Shown piece by piece: positions 1 through 8,364 of a stretch of DNA of 61,881 nucleotides. Position numbers and translations under genes: made by a program. How positions within the stretch are numbered: the first letter of the stretch is position 1; each line of letters begins with the position of its first letter. A model generated the notes under the pieces. That model worked only from the letters and a program-made list of their open reading frames with translations, had not been told where the DNA came from and ran no database searches. This DNA is from Phycisphaerae bacterium (lineage in GTDB: Bacteria; Planctomycetota; Phycisphaerae; Sedimentisphaerales; UBA12454), in NCBI GenBank assembly GCA_026386845.1, contig JAPLMW010000039.1, positions 1 through 61,881 of the forward strand. Direction: 5' to 3'.

Positions 1-647
1 TGCTGGCTGTCGGCAAAAAGCCGATGATTTACTATCCCATTGAGAAACTTATTTCAGCGGGAATAGAGGAAATTCTCATCGTAACCGGCATCGACCATAT
101 GGGCGATGTAGTAAACCTGCTTGGTTCGGGGAAAAATTTTTCCTGCCGTTTTACTTACAAAGTCCAGGACCAGGCCGGCGGTATCGCCCAGGCGCTTGCC
201 CTTGCGGAAGATTTCGCAAAGAACAGCGGACTTGTAGCAATTCTCGGCGATAACATTTTCAAGGCTTCTTTAAAACCTTATCTGCAAAAATTTTCAAATC
301 AGAAAAAAGGAGCAAGAGTCCTGCTCAAACAGGTTGAAAACCCGCAGCGATTCGGCGTCGCTGAAATTGCGGACAATAAAGTAACTTCCATTATCGAAAA
401 ACCAAAAAATCCGAAAACAAATTATGCCGTAACAGGCATATATTTTTATGATAACACCGTCTTTGACATAATCAAAATATTAAAGCCTTCCGGCCGAGGC
501 GAACTTGAAATCACCGATGTCAATAACGCTTATATCAGCCGAAACCAGCTCGAATATGATATTCTTGCCGGCTGGTGGACGGACGCCGGAACATTTGAAT
601 CGCTTAACACTGCAAATGAATTAGTTATTAAGGAGCCTGTCGAATGA
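1..647 (+). CDS. rmlA: glucose-1-phosphate thymidylyltransferase-like sugar nucleotidyltransferase (5' end outside window)
   Basis: The frame is open from the window edge (LAVGKKPM...). Nucleotidyltransferase motifs GGIAQAL, ILGDNIF, EKPKNPK..YAVTGIYFY and GELEITD are present. It is the first gene of an rmlA-C-D-B cluster. Confidence 0.8.
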   Translation, partial: LAVGKKPMIYYPIEKLISAGIEEILIVTGIDHMGDVVNLLGSGKNFSCRFTYKVQDQAGGIAQALALAEDFAKNSGLVAILGDNIFKASLKPYLQKFSNQKKGARVLLKQVENPQRFGVAEIADNKVTSIIEKPKNPKTNYAVTGIYFYDNTVFDIIKILKPSGRGELEITDVNNAYISRNQLEYDILAGWWTDAGTFESLNTANELVIKEPVE

Positions 648-955
648 CAAGTCCCGTTAGACCTCTTTGGTTTTATACTTATGTTTTAATATGCGAAAAA
701 ACAGGGACACTCTATACTGGTTGTACCAAAAATTTAAGGCAGCGAATGGAACAACACACTAAAGGTTTGGTTTATTACACAAAATACAGATTACCGGTTA
801 AGTTAATTTATTCTGAGGCTTGTTTGAACAAAGATGATGCTTTTCGCAGGGAAAGATATTTAAAAACAGGAATGGGCAAAAGATATCTTAAAAATAGGTT
901 AAAAAGATGTCGGACGACCATAAATGCCTTATCTAAAGGAGGTCTAACGGGATGA
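644..955 (+). CDS. GIY-YIG nuclease family protein (COG2827/YhbQ-like, 103 aa)
   Basis: N-terminal FYTYVL..GTLYTG (GIY...YIG) followed by RRERYLK. The ATG overlaps the rmlA stop (ATGA 644-647) and the TGA overlaps the rmlC start (ATGA 952-955). Confidence 0.85.
   Translation: MTSPVRPLWFYTYVLICEKTGTLYTGCTKNLRQRMEQHTKGLVYYTKYRLPVKLIYSEACLNKDDAFRRERYLKTGMGKRYLKNRLKRCRTTINALSKGGLTG
644..955 (+). mobile_element. GIY-YIG cassette with 13-bp terminal inverted repeats and ATGA direct repeats
   Basis: CCCGTTAGACCTC (653-665) and GAGGTCTAACGGG (939-951) are perfect inverted repeats. ATGA occurs at both borders. Removing 648-955 restores an rmlA/rmlC ATGA overlap. Confidence 0.55.
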
Positions 956-1476
956 AAAAAATCGCGGAACTGAAAAGAGTTTTTTCTGAAGGTTCGATTA
1001 TCATTATAGGTTCAGCCGGCCTGATTGAAGGCGTCAAGGCAAAAACTGTAAAAATTCTTCCGGATGAACGAGGCAGGCTTGGCGAAATCCTGCGAGCAGA
1101 TGACGAAATGTTCGAAAAATTCGGCCAGGTTTACTTTACGACAACATATCCGGGAATGGTAAAAGCCTGGCATTGGCATAAAAAACAGACCGACTATTTC
1201 TATGTTGCCAAAGGCACGGTAAAAGTAGCCCTCTACGACCAAAGAGACGGTTCAAAAACCAAAGGCTCTGTCAACCAGATTTATATGAGCGAGCATTGTC
1301 CCGCCGTTTTAAGGATTCCGCCCGGCATCTGTCACGGCTGGATGTGTGTAAGCGCCGATGAAGCTTATATCATCAATATACCGACAGAATGTTACAATTA
1401 CAGTCAGCCGGATGAATTCAGAATCCATCCTCACGACAACGACATACCTTACGATTGGACGCGAAAAGATGGATAA
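952..1476 (+). CDS. rmlC: dTDP-4-dehydrorhamnose 3,5-epimerase family (RmlC-like cupin)
   Basis: Cupin motifs DERGRLGEI, WHWHKKQTDYFYV.KG and PPGICHGW. It lies between rmlA and rmlD. Confidence 0.7.
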   Translation: MKKIAELKRVFSEGSIIIIGSAGLIEGVKAKTVKILPDERGRLGEILRADDEMFEKFGQVYFTTTYPGMVKAWHWHKKQTDYFYVAKGTVKVALYDQRDGSKTKGSVNQIYMSEHCPAVLRIPPGICHGWMCVSADEAYIINIPTECYNYSQPDEFRIHPHDNDIPYDWTRKDG

Positions 1477-2323
1477 AATTGTCCTGCTCGGCGCAAGAGG
1501 AATGTTCGGCTCTGAAATTTACAATCTCTGCGCCAAATGCCGTAAGGCATCCCCTAGCGGAGATAATATAACGCCTCTCGACCTGCCCCAATTTGACATC
1601 ACCGACAAAAATATGCTCGAAAAAGTTCTACAGGACGCAAATGTCGTTGTCAACTGCGCAGCCTATACCAATGTGGAAAAGGCTGAAAGCCAGTCTGAAC
1701 AAGCTTTTAAAATAAATGCCGAAGCTGTAGGCAATCTTGCCAAAATTGCTCATAACAAAAATATTTACGTTATTCACATAAGTACCGATTTTGCATTCGA
1801 CGGCAAAAAAGAAACTCCTTATCTCGAAACTGACCGCACTAATCCAATAAACGTTTACGGCAAAAGCAAGCTCGAAGGCGAAACGCTTTTGGCGAAAAAC
1901 CATAATCGCTACGCTATAATTCGTGTTCAGTGGACTTACGGCAAAAACGGAAATAATTTTATAACCAAACTTATTTCACTTTCCACCCAGAAAGAAAATT
2001 TGAAAGTCGTTGACGACCAGTTTGGCTCTCCCACCTGGACACAGGAGGCGGCAAAAGTTATCCGCGAATTTATCTCTAAAAAACCGCAGGGTCTGTTTCA
2101 CTTCGCGGCTGCCGGTTTTGCGAGCCGGTATGATGTGGCGAAATTCGCCTTTGAAAAACTGAAAATAAGCACTCCCGTCATCCCCTGCAAATCGAGCGAA
2201 TTTCCAACCGTTGCCGCCAGGCCTGCCAGCAGCAGGTTCTGTTGTGATAAAATACAATCTTTGCTTGACAAACCGATTGAATTGTGGCAAAAACCGCTTG
2301 AAAGGTTTCTAAAAACGTTATGA
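1469..2323 (+). CDS. rmlD: dTDP-4-dehydrorhamnose reductase
   Basis: MDKIVLLGARGMFGSE Rossmann N-terminus and YGKSKLEGE (YxxxK). ATG 1469 overlaps the rmlC stop. The ORF-track start at 1358 was rejected because it overlaps rmlC. Confidence 0.85.
   Translation: MDKIVLLGARGMFGSEIYNLCAKCRKASPSGDNITPLDLPQFDITDKNMLEKVLQDANVVVNCAAYTNVEKAESQSEQAFKINAEAVGNLAKIAHNKNIYVIHISTDFAFDGKKETPYLETDRTNPINVYGKSKLEGETLLAKNHNRYAIIRVQWTYGKNGNNFITKLISLSTQKENLKVVDDQFGSPTWTQEAAKVIREFISKKPQGLFHFAAAGFASRYDVAKFAFEKLKISTPVIPCKSSEFPTVAARPASSRFCCDKIQSLLDKPIELWQKPLERFLKTL
1538..1561 (+). repeat. 24-nt module TGCCGTAAGGCATCCCCTAGCGGA, in frame within rmlD (CRKASPSG)
   Basis: 23 of 24 nt identical to 20324-20347, which sits inside an intergenic hairpin repeat. 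Confidence 0.7.
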
Positions 2324-2431
2324 ATCCCGCACCTTCAAATATTCAAGTGATTTTGAAGAGCCGGAAGAATAATCGGATGGGAATATCAATAATATGAAAC
2401 GCAGATTAAAAGAATATAAAGAAGGTGCGGG
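2324..2431 (+). mobile_element. MITE-like element, family 2 (CCCGCACCTTC/GAAGGTGCGGG TIRs)
   Basis: 11-bp perfect TIRs at 2326-2336 and 2421-2431. Flanked by ATGAAT (2320-2325) and ATGAAA (2432-2437). A homologous copy is at 38164-38273. Confidence 0.65.
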
Positions 2432-3445
2432 ATGAAAAGGATTCTTGTTACAGGCGGCGCGGGCTTTATAGGCAGCAATTTTGTAAGATGGATTCTTACA
2501 GAGCAGCCTGATTGCTTCATTGTCAATCTCGACAAACTCACTTATGCCGGCAATCTCGAGAACCTCGAAGGCTTTCTCAAGCACCCCAACCATATCTTTG
2601 TCAAGGCAGACATAAATGACGGCAAAACAGTTGAGGAAATAATAGACAAACACAAAATTCAGACAATTATAAACTTCGCTGCCGAAAGTCACGTTGACCG
2701 TTCAATCACAGGTCCCAAAATTTTCATAGAAACCAACGTAACCGGCACGCTCACTCTGCTGCAGGCTGCCTGCGACAAAAAAATCGAACGCTTTATTCAG
2801 ATTTCAACCGATGAGGTTTACGGCCAGCTCGGCCCAACCGGCAAATTCACTGAACAAACTCCTCTATCTCCTAATTCGCCGTATTCAGCGAGCAAGGCGG
2901 CCGCAGACCTTCTTGTAAAAGCCTTTGGACATACGTGGGGGCTGAATTACAGCATAACTCGCTGTTCAAATAATTACGGCCCGTTCCAGTTCCCTGAAAA
3001 AATGATTCCACTGATGATAAACAACGCCCTCAATGACAAACCCCTGCCTGTTTACGGCGACGGCCTGCACGTCCGCGACTGGATACACGTCGAAGACCAC
3101 TGCAAAGCAATATGGAAGGTTCTTGCTGAAGGAAAGAGCGGCGAAACCTACAACATCGGCTCATCCTGCGAAAAGCAAAACATTGAAGTTGTAAAAACGA
3201 TATTGAAATTGCTCAAAAAACCCGAATCGCTCATAACGTTTGTCAAGGACCGTCCCGGCCACGATAAGCGATATGCGATGGACTCTTCAAAGATTAATTC
3301 GCAGCTTGGCTGGCAATCGCTGATAAATTTTGAAGATGGTTTAAAAAAGACAATAGACTGGTATCTGCAAAACAAAAAGTGGCTCAGCCGTATAACAAGC
3401 GGCCAGTATCAGCAATACTATCAGCAGATGTATGCCAATAGATAG
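2432..3445 (+). CDS. rmlB: dTDP-glucose 4,6-dehydratase
   Basis: MKRILVTGGAGFIGSNF, STDEVYG and YSASKAAAD (YxxxK). Length is 337 aa. Confidence 0.95.
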   Translation: MKRILVTGGAGFIGSNFVRWILTEQPDCFIVNLDKLTYAGNLENLEGFLKHPNHIFVKADINDGKTVEEIIDKHKIQTIINFAAESHVDRSITGPKIFIETNVTGTLTLLQAACDKKIERFIQISTDEVYGQLGPTGKFTEQTPLSPNSPYSASKAAADLLVKAFGHTWGLNYSITRCSNNYGPFQFPEKMIPLMINNALNDKPLPVYGDGLHVRDWIHVEDHCKAIWKVLAEGKSGETYNIGSSCEKQNIEVVKTILKLLKKPESLITFVKDRPGHDKRYAMDSSKINSQLGWQSLINFEDGLKKTIDWYLQNKKWLSRITSGQYQQYYQQMYANR

Positions 3446-3453
3446 AAAAGATT

Positions 3454-5454
3454 ATGCGCAACGGAAAGATTATCGTAGCGAGACTTTGGCCTAAATTCGG
3501 CGGTAACATCCCTTCCGTAATTCCTGTAATTCTCGGCATAAATCCGAAAAAGTATGAAACGATAGGCATTTATCTTACAAAGAACAGCGATACTCCAAAT
3601 CTTCTCGAGCAGAACGGCAAAAAGATTTTTTACGTAACCCAAAAACCTCAGCTTCCACTTTTTAAACCTGCCGCTTTTTTAAAACTGGCTGAAATTCTTA
3701 AAAATCAGGGCGTGGATATTCTGCACTGCCATCATCACATATCTACAGTTTACGGCACAATCGCCGGTAAACTGGCGAAAACGCCGGTAATCCTGAGTCA
3801 CGTTCACGGACTAGGAAGAACCAGAAATCTTCGCAGAAAACTTATCAACCGCTTTATACTGCCGAAGATTGACAAAATTCTGACGGTAGGCGAAGCGGTA
3901 AAAAATGACGTCCTGCAAAATAATCCCTTTTTGCCTTTGGTTAAGGTAACGAATCTCGGCAATTCAATAGATTACAATTATTTTGCCTCGGCTGCTTACG
4001 ACAGGCAAACAGTCCGCGGAAAATTCGGTATTCCGCAGGATAGTTTCGTTTTCGCTACTGCCGGCAGGCTCGCGGCTACCAAAGGCCAGGAATATCTGCT
4101 TGACGCATTCACCCAGATAAGAAAAAAAATTAATAACGCTCAATTACTGATTGCCGGCGAAGGCGAGCTGAAAAATGAACTTGAAAAACAGGCTTCTGAA
4201 CTCGACTGCGGTTCAGATATTCGCTTTCTCGGCCGGGTTGACAATATGCCTGAATTTTATCGTGCGATAGATGCGTTTGTTCTGCCGTCGATTGCGGAAG
4301 GTCTGCCTCGAACGCTCATCGAAGCGATGGCATCGGGTGTTTTCTGCATAGCGGCAGGTGTCGGCGGCATCCCTGAGATTCTCGACAATGGCCGTTTCGG
4401 CCTGCTTGTCCCGCCGAAGGATACAAACGCCCTTGCGGACGCAATGCTGGCGGTTGTAAATATGCCGCAGCAGAAAAAATCTGTTATCGTTTCAGCGGCA
4501 AAAGAGCATATCAAAATAAATTACAGCCACAATTGTTTGATTAAAAAAATCGAAAAGATTTATGATGTCCTGGCTGCGGGAAAAATCGGTCGTACCGGCA
4601 GAGAAGTATATATTTCCATCGGGCACGGCTTCGGCGATAACCTGATAGTCACGGCAGTTATCGCCGGAATCAAAAAGGAATATCCGGATATGAGGATATT
4701 CGTGCTGACAAAAAGACGATGGGAAATATTTGAGAACAATCCGTTTATTGCCGCCTGCTATAATGCAAGAACGATAATGAAAAAAAATCCGGCAATCTAC
4801 AAAAGGGCAATACCTCTTAGCGAATATACTTATGCCGATTTCAGGAACGCAAAAGAAGTAAAACATATGATTGACATAATGTACGACCTTATCGGCATAA
4901 AAGTACAAAAACGAATTTACCAGCCGGAAATTTATCTTACGCAAAAAGAACTCGACTGGCGCAAATGGCGGCTGCAAAGACTCGCCAGGCCTCTGATAGC
5001 AGTTGCACCATCGGGAAAAATAACCACTAAAATACCAAATAAATTTTACGAGTTCGAAAAATGGCAGAAGCTGGCCGCCCTGTTAAAAAAGGCGGACATC
5101 ACCGTCATTCAGGTTGGCGATAAACGGGAAGGACCTCTGCTCGAAGGTGCAATAAACTACAGAAACCTGGGATATCGAAAAACAGCTTCAGTACTCAGAC
5201 GCTGTGATGCGGTAATTACACACGTCAGCGGAATAATGCATCTGGCGACAGCCGTCGGCACTCCGTGCATTACAATATACGGCGGAACAGAAGACCCTCT
5301 TGTTTCAGGCTACCCGTGCAATATAAACATTACGACAGACCTGCCGTGCGCACCGTGCTGGCTGGAAAAACCGTGCGATAAGCCCGTATGCAAGGATATG
5401 CTGACTGGCGAACTCATTATGCAAAAACTGAACGAATTGTTAAATTCCCGCTAA
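3454..5454 (+). CDS. bifunctional glycosyltransferase (GT4-like N-terminal half fused to GT9 heptosyltransferase-like C-terminal half)
   Basis: The N-terminal half has EGLPRTLIEAMASG..GGIPEIL (GT1/GT4 fold). The C-terminal half has IAVAPSG.. and VITHVSGIMHLATAVGTPCITIYGGTEDP (GT9-like). Confidence 0.7.
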   Translation: MRNGKIIVARLWPKFGGNIPSVIPVILGINPKKYETIGIYLTKNSDTPNLLEQNGKKIFYVTQKPQLPLFKPAAFLKLAEILKNQGVDILHCHHHISTVYGTIAGKLAKTPVILSHVHGLGRTRNLRRKLINRFILPKIDKILTVGEAVKNDVLQNNPFLPLVKVTNLGNSIDYNYFASAAYDRQTVRGKFGIPQDSFVFATAGRLAATKGQEYLLDAFTQIRKKINNAQLLIAGEGELKNELEKQASELDCGSDIRFLGRVDNMPEFYRAIDAFVLPSIAEGLPRTLIEAMASGVFCIAAGVGGIPEILDNGRFGLLVPPKDTNALADAMLAVVNMPQQKKSVIVSAAKEHIKINYSHNCLIKKIEKIYDVLAAGKIGRTGREVYISIGHGFGDNLIVTAVIAGIKKEYPDMRIFVLTKRRWEIFENNPFIAACYNARTIMKKNPAIYKRAIPLSEYTYADFRNAKEVKHMIDIMYDLIGIKVQKRIYQPEIYLTQKELDWRKWRLQRLARPLIAVAPSGKITTKIPNKFYEFEKWQKLAALLKKADITVIQVGDKREGPLLEGAINYRNLGYRKTASVLRRCDAVITHVSGIMHLATAVGTPCITIYGGTEDPLVSGYPCNINITTDLPCAPCWLEKPCDKPVCKDMLTGELIMQKLNELLNSR

Positions 5455-7548
5455 TTTACTGTAAACCTCTACAACCTTCTGCGCAGTTTTTTGCCACGTA
5501 AACAGTTTGTTTCTTTCTCTTCCCGCTGTAATTAGCTTTCCTCTCAATTGTTCATTATTCGAAATTTTTGCAAGTGCGCCGGCTATTGATTCTGCGCTGA
5601 ACGGGTCAACATACAATGCCGCATCGCCGGCCACTTCAGGCATCGACGAAATATCTGATGTAATCACTGCTGTCCCGCAGGCGAATGCTTCAAGAATGGG
5701 TATTCCAAATCCTTCATAAAGGCTTGCGAAAATCAACGCCTCTGCACAACCAAGCCACGGCCGCAAATCATCGACCGCTCCTATCCAGAGAACATCCTGA
5801 TAAAAACCGGCTTTTAATTTCTCTCCGAATTCCCGTTCTCTTTTTGGCAGTTGCCCTATTACTACAAGTTTTGAATGTTCCGGCAGGGACTTCTTCGCCA
5901 TCCCGAACGCCTCAACTGTGCGCGGTATATTCTTTCGGCTGTCCGGCGAGGATATTACCACAAAATAATCGCCTAATTGCTGTCCCAGTTTTTTTGACAA
6001 ATCACCGAATGCTTTGTTTTTTTGCTCAGTAGTATATTCGAACGGTTCAATTTCGGTTGCGTGCGATATGACATCAACTTTTTGTTCTTCTATGCCGAAT
6101 ACCGAACACAAATCGTTCTTGGTTGACTGTGATACCGCCAGAAAATGGTCCGCCCTTCCAACGGCGGTCTCGAAAAAACCGAGTTTTGATTTTGGGTACA
6201 ACTGCGGCAGCTTATAACGTCTCAGGTCGTGCACTGTCATCAGACGCGGCACACCGCCGGTCGGCGGCATTAGATGATGGTAGCAGTGATATACATCAAA
6301 ATTTCCCGCCAAGTGCTGAAGCTTCGGGTAATCGAAGTAATTCCAGAAATTCTCCAGCCATCGCATATTGACTATCAGCGTTTTGGACCGGACAATTTGC
6401 TGTCTTTCGTATTTTTCTATTTCTTCCGCCTTTGCCGCCAGTCGGCTCGAACAAAACAGAATAAGTTCAGGTCTTTCCTCAAGCTGCGCAAAACCCTTCA
6501 GTAGTCCGACGCCGAAGGTATAAAAACCGGAAAATTTATTCACAAGCACAGGGTTGAAATCCATTACCACCTTTATATCTGATATGGATTTGCTTTTTTT
6601 GGCTATGGGGCGGCTTCTCGGTTTTAGACCGGAATAATCCTGACTTATCCAAAGTGATGGATGCAGTCTGGCATAAGCGATTCCAAGCCATAAAATCGCC
6701 TTGAGGTTAAAATGCTGCTTCAGGGATTTCCCAAGCCGTTCGCAGGCCTCGGTTTTCATTGATTCTCTTATGGCGCTGCGTGCAACCCTGTATTGCTCCT
6801 TGCTCAATCTTATCATCGCCCATCTGTGAGGGATAACTTCTTTACCGCCGCCGTTAAAATAAAAATTTTCCAGCACATTGTATTCGGTGCTTCTGTTGGC
6901 AAACGATATCTTGGAAATATTTCCGCTGTGTCTTCTTCTTTTAAAAACCGGTTTTTGCAGACCGATGAAATCATATTTCAGGGAAAGTCGAAGCCATAAA
7001 TCATAGTCGGAGCAGACATTCAGGGCGGTGTTAAATCCGCCGGCCTCGACCAAAATCTTCTTGGGAAAAAGCGAACCGCAGGAATGTATCAATATATCTT
7101 CAAAAAGTCGTTTTGTAATTTTTCCGCTGTAAAGTTTTTTCTTTCTCCTGTGAAGTATATCCCCCTTTTCATCTATAGCCACATAAGGCCCGTAAACAAC
7201 AACATCTTCAGTCCCTTTCGGCATCGCCGCCGCCATTTGTTCAAGTGCATCGGGGTATAAAAGGTCATCCGAATCGAGAAACGATATGTATTTTCCCCCC
7301 GCAAGCTCGATAAGTTTGTTTCTGGCGGCTGCGTCTCCCGCATTTTCCTGCCGGTAATACCTAACGCTATAGCCGTTTCTTTCGAGCATCTCCTTTGTGC
7401 CGTCGGTCGAACCGTCATCTACAATAACAACCTCGAAATCCTTATATGTCTGCGCAAAGACACTGTCGAGGGCTTCTTTAAGCAGATGTTCTCTGTTATA
7501 AGTCGGTATGCAGACGCTTATATTAGGCAATTTAACCGCTCCAATCAA
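5440..7548 (-). CDS. bifunctional glycosyltransferase (GT2 N-terminal half fused to GT4 C-terminal half)
   Basis: VCIPTYNRE, VVIVDDGSTDGT and DSDD indicate GT2. EGFGIPILEAFACGTAVITSD indicates GT4. It converges on the previous gene with a 15-nt overlap. Confidence 0.75.
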   Translation of the reverse strand: MIGAVKLPNISVCIPTYNREHLLKEALDSVFAQTYKDFEVVIVDDGSTDGTKEMLERNGYSVRYYRQENAGDAAARNKLIELAGGKYISFLDSDDLLYPDALEQMAAAMPKGTEDVVVYGPYVAIDEKGDILHRRKKKLYSGKITKRLFEDILIHSCGSLFPKKILVEAGGFNTALNVCSDYDLWLRLSLKYDFIGLQKPVFKRRRHSGNISKISFANRSTEYNVLENFYFNGGGKEVIPHRWAMIRLSKEQYRVARSAIRESMKTEACERLGKSLKQHFNLKAILWLGIAYARLHPSLWISQDYSGLKPRSRPIAKKSKSISDIKVVMDFNPVLVNKFSGFYTFGVGLLKGFAQLEERPELILFCSSRLAAKAEEIEKYERQQIVRSKTLIVNMRWLENFWNYFDYPKLQHLAGNFDVYHCYHHLMPPTGGVPRLMTVHDLRRYKLPQLYPKSKLGFFETAVGRADHFLAVSQSTKNDLCSVFGIEEQKVDVISHATEIEPFEYTTEQKNKAFGDLSKKLGQQLGDYFVVISSPDSRKNIPRTVEAFGMAKKSLPEHSKLVVIGQLPKREREFGEKLKAGFYQDVLWIGAVDDLRPWLGCAEALIFASLYEGFGIPILEAFACGTAVITSDISSMPEVAGDAALYVDPFSAESIAGALAKISNNEQLRGKLITAGRERNKLFTWQKTAQKVVEVYSKLAGI

Positions 7549-7671
7549 TAATCAGGTAAATACGATAACCGAATGGACATATTTGGTCAAGAAATGAAAA
7601 ATCAGCCCGGTCAGCATCCATCTTTATCCACCGCAGGCGGGATAATCGCTTTACGTTTTTTCCAAATTTTA

Positions 7672-7701
7672 AATCCCTGTCCTGAACCTTGTCGAAGGAT
7701 T
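7672..7701 (+). repeat. hairpin repeat AATCC-ctgtcctgaaccttgtcgaa-GGATT (PELVEG-type module)
   Basis: The core CCTGA(A/G)C..GTCGAAGG recurs at 23780-23800, 42578-42600, 42917-42939 and 60141-60168. Confidence 0.6.
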
Positions 7702-7713
7702 CAATTTTAAATT

Positions 7714-8292
7714 TTAATTATGCAACTGTCCCCAGTTAACCGGCTTCCTGTCAAGTTCGAGAATTTCGGAACTGTTTATCAGCCATTTTTTCTGCGGTGT
7801 TTTTTTGAAATGAAGTCTTGCCTTGACAATTAAAAACGGCTTACCCATCTTTGCCATTTCGCTTTGCTCGGTAAATTTTAAAAGACCTTCCATCATAAAG
7901 GTCGCTTTATCGCCGTCTATTTCTATCCGGCGGCTGAATAGCGTTATCTTTTCAACCGCAGCCGTCTGGAAAAGCCCCTGGCAGTATGCTATCAGCATTT
8001 CTTTTGAAGTATTCGCTATGTCGGTGTAATTATCGGCTGTTATTTCTTTAATAGGCTCTATTTTCTGCTTTTCGAAAGCCTTGATGCCTTTGTTTACCGC
8101 GCCGAGAACTTTCTCTTTATCGGTCTGGACAAAATACGCGATTGCAAACGCCAAAGCCGCAATCACGAATGGCACAGCGAAATGCCATTTTCGTTTTTTG
8201 TCGGGCCGCACCGCCCCAAACACCCACAGGGCAAACATTGAAACAACTGCCAGCCCAATACCGACAAACGGATATTCAAAAATATTGAACAT
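7714..8292 (-). CDS. hypothetical membrane-anchored protein
   Basis: 192-aa ORF with two N-terminal hydrophobic helices followed by a soluble domain. No motif was recognised. Confidence 0.5.
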   Translation of the reverse strand: MFNIFEYPFVGIGLAVVSMFALWVFGAVRPDKKRKWHFAVPFVIAALAFAIAYFVQTDKEKVLGAVNKGIKAFEKQKIEPIKEITADNYTDIANTSKEMLIAYCQGLFQTAAVEKITLFSRRIEIDGDKATFMMEGLLKFTEQSEMAKMGKPFLIVKARLHFKKTPQKKWLINSSEILELDRKPVNWGQLHN

Positions 8293-8364
8293 AAAAATTA
8301 TTTAGAAATCGTATTCTTGCCTGAATATATTATAATTCAGCCGATAAATATTGACAAAGGTAAA

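Noticed and set aside
1358-1468. N-terminal extensions proposed by the ORF track (also 11501-11611, 12127-12321, 13118-13186, 39977-40030 and 46421-46516)
   Set aside because: Each extension overlaps the preceding well-supported gene, and each internal ATG gives a canonical N-terminus preceded by a purine-rich RBS-like sequence.
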